Shown here one piece after another: positions 40,746-42,002 of a DNA stretch of 42,002 nucleotides. Numbering within the stretch: position 1 is the first letter of the stretch; each line of letters opens with the position of its first letter. Source of the stretch: a virus (lineage: Duplodnaviria; Heunggongvirae; Uroviricota; Caudoviricetes); IMG/VR virus record IMGVR_UViG_2563366918_000005; one strand, written 5' to 3'. The notes below the pieces were generated by a model that did not search any database, was not told where the DNA came from, and was given only the letters and a program-made list of their open reading frames with translations. The position numbers and the translations under genes are program-made.

Positions 40746-42002
40746 TTATTTATTACTGTCTTCCATCCACCTCTCAAACTTCGACGGGGAGAACGGAATC
40801 AGATCCGTATGCTCCCCGTTAATCCAGGAATCAATCATATCGGCCCACTGCTGCAACATGTAGGCGCGCTGTCTGGCGTATTCCGCTTTGTTATATACGG
40901 CGCGCACACCTTTCTGCTCATGTGCCAGAGCCTTTTCAATCCAGTCTGAAGGATAACCAGCCTCATGCAACAACGTACTGGCTGTACGGCGCATATCATG
41001 TACGGTGAAGTCCTGAATATGCTCACCATCTTCATTTATTATTTTCACCGTTCTGTCGATCAGAGAGTTCAGCGCGGCATTAGATAATGGCTTCCGGAAG
41101 TTGTAACGACCAGGAACCAGATATTCACTTCCACCAGCGCACATCTGCAACCCGACCAATATATCCTGTGCCTGTTTAGGCAGGTAAATAACATGCGCCC
41201 GGCTTCCCTTCATGCGGTCTGAAGGAATTGTCCATGTCCATTTTTTAAAATCTATTTCGTCCCACGTTGCATTGGTGAATTCGCCTTTACGAACCATAGT
41301 GATAAGCACCAGCTTTAAAGCCATTTTCATAGTGCCCATAGCACCAATGGCATCCAGCGTGCGGAAGAACAGGCCAATTTCTTCTGGTGTCAGTGTTCGC
41401 TCTCGTGGTTTAAATATGGCGATAGACGAAGGTTTAATGTCAGCCGCAGGATTAAACAAACCATGACCACGGTCATTGGCGTGACGGTATACGCTGCTGA
41501 TGATCTCCCTGGCCTGCACTGCTGTTGCCCGACCACCGCGTTCGACAATCCGGTCACACAAATCACGAACCATCGATGTGGTAATTTCAGTCATCATTTT
41601 GTTGCCAAGAAACGGAAGTATGTCACGGTCGATCACCGCCTGCTTCATTGCGCGGGTACTGTCAGCCAGGATGACATGTTTCATATAACTGTCGGTATGT
41701 ACCGCAAACGTCTCGGCACCACGAATCTTTTTGATACCGTCACGTTTAGCCGCAGCCGGTGACTGGCCTGCTTTAAGCAGCTTCTTTGCAGCAATCAGTT
41801 CTTCTCGCGCTTCTGCCAGGCTGATACCGTCACGCCCATACTGCCCGATTACCAGTGTTTCGCGGCGACCGTTGATACGGTAGTCATAGCGAAACGAGAC
41901 CGTGCCTGACGTAAGCACAGCTACATACAGCCCGTCACGATCGGAGACCTTGTACAGTTTGTCCTGCGGCTTGAGGTTTTTTAATTTTGTATCGGTAAGC
42001 AC
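40746..42002 (-). CDS. int: tyrosine integrase, P4-type (N-terminal DUF4102-like arm-binding domain); 5-prime end at the window edge
   Basis: 418 aa read. N-terminus LTDTKLKNLKPQDKLYKVSDRDGLYVAV. Catalytic HDMRRT and terminal Tyr region (VRAVYNKAEY). The first codon in the window is GTG, so the true start may be at or just beyond 42002. Confidence 0.85.
   Translation of the reverse strand: MLTDTKLKNLKPQDKLYKVSDRDGLYVAVLTSGTVSFRYDYRINGRRETLVIGQYGRDGISLAEAREELIAAKKLLKAGQSPAAAKRDGIKKIRGAETFAVHTDSYMKHVILADSTRAMKQAVIDRDILPFLGNKMMTEITTSMVRDLCDRIVERGGRATAVQAREIISSVYRHANDRGHGLFNPAADIKPSSIAIFKPRERTLTPEEIGLFFRTLDAIGAMGTMKMALKLVLITMVRKGEFTNATWDEIDFKKWTWTIPSDRMKGSRAHVIYLPKQAQDILVGLQMCAGGSEYLVPGRYNFRKPLSNAALNSLIDRTVKIINEDGEHIQDFTVHDMRRTASTLLHEAGYPSDWIEKALAHEQKGVRAVYNKAEYARQRAYMLQQWADMIDSWINGEHTDLIPFSPSKFERWMEDSNK

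Overview
The first ~1.9 kb is E. coli-type chromosome. It holds yfgH and yfgI (+), an IS200 copy (tnpA, -), the guaA rho-independent terminator and the last five guaA codons (IEWE-stop, - strand, 1875-1889). I read that guaA fragment as the attL junction. From ~1890 to the right edge the window is one ~40-kb temperate podovirus-type prophage. Its layout recalls epsilon15/PhiV10-like phages, but that name is from memory and cannot be searched here.

Gene order, left to right:
- Lysis cassette: embedded i/o-spanins, GH19-type endolysin, two holin-like proteins.
- An AT-rich mosaic tailspike with an SGNH-esterase core.
- A + strand accessory block: a small SOS-boxed antirepressor-like gene, a Bro-N antirepressor, a TM moron and a small secreted peptide.
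- A long - strand virion operon: two small membrane proteins, ejection/internal proteins, T7 gp11/gp12-like tail tube, capsid, scaffold and portal.
- A + strand cargo island wedged between portal and terminase: an operator-overlapped promoter, a ~320-nt non-coding leader, tRNA-Arg(UCU), and a TM/coiled-coil gene split by IS1 with a perfect 9-bp target duplication.
- Terminase, nin-like early genes, and lambda O/P-like replication genes with iterons inside the O-like gene.
- A Cro-like / tandem-HTH repressor switch.
- A + strand operon (exonuclease, RecT/Red-beta-like annealase, Xis-like, PerC-like, MT-A70 methylase, lambda-type phosphatase) abutting a P4-type integrase cut by the window edge.

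The most striking signal not explained by genes is a 17-bp palindrome (WTTACC-N5-GGTAAW). I found at least 15 copies, all in intergenic DNA. Several sit immediately downstream of rho-independent terminators, so they punctuate the transcription units.

A near-consensus LexA box in front of a small antirepressor-like gene, together with a repressor that lacks any S24 autocleavage domain, suggests antirepressor-driven SOS induction.

No BLAST or HMM search was possible. Product names rest on motifs I recognise and on gene order. All coordinates were hand-indexed.
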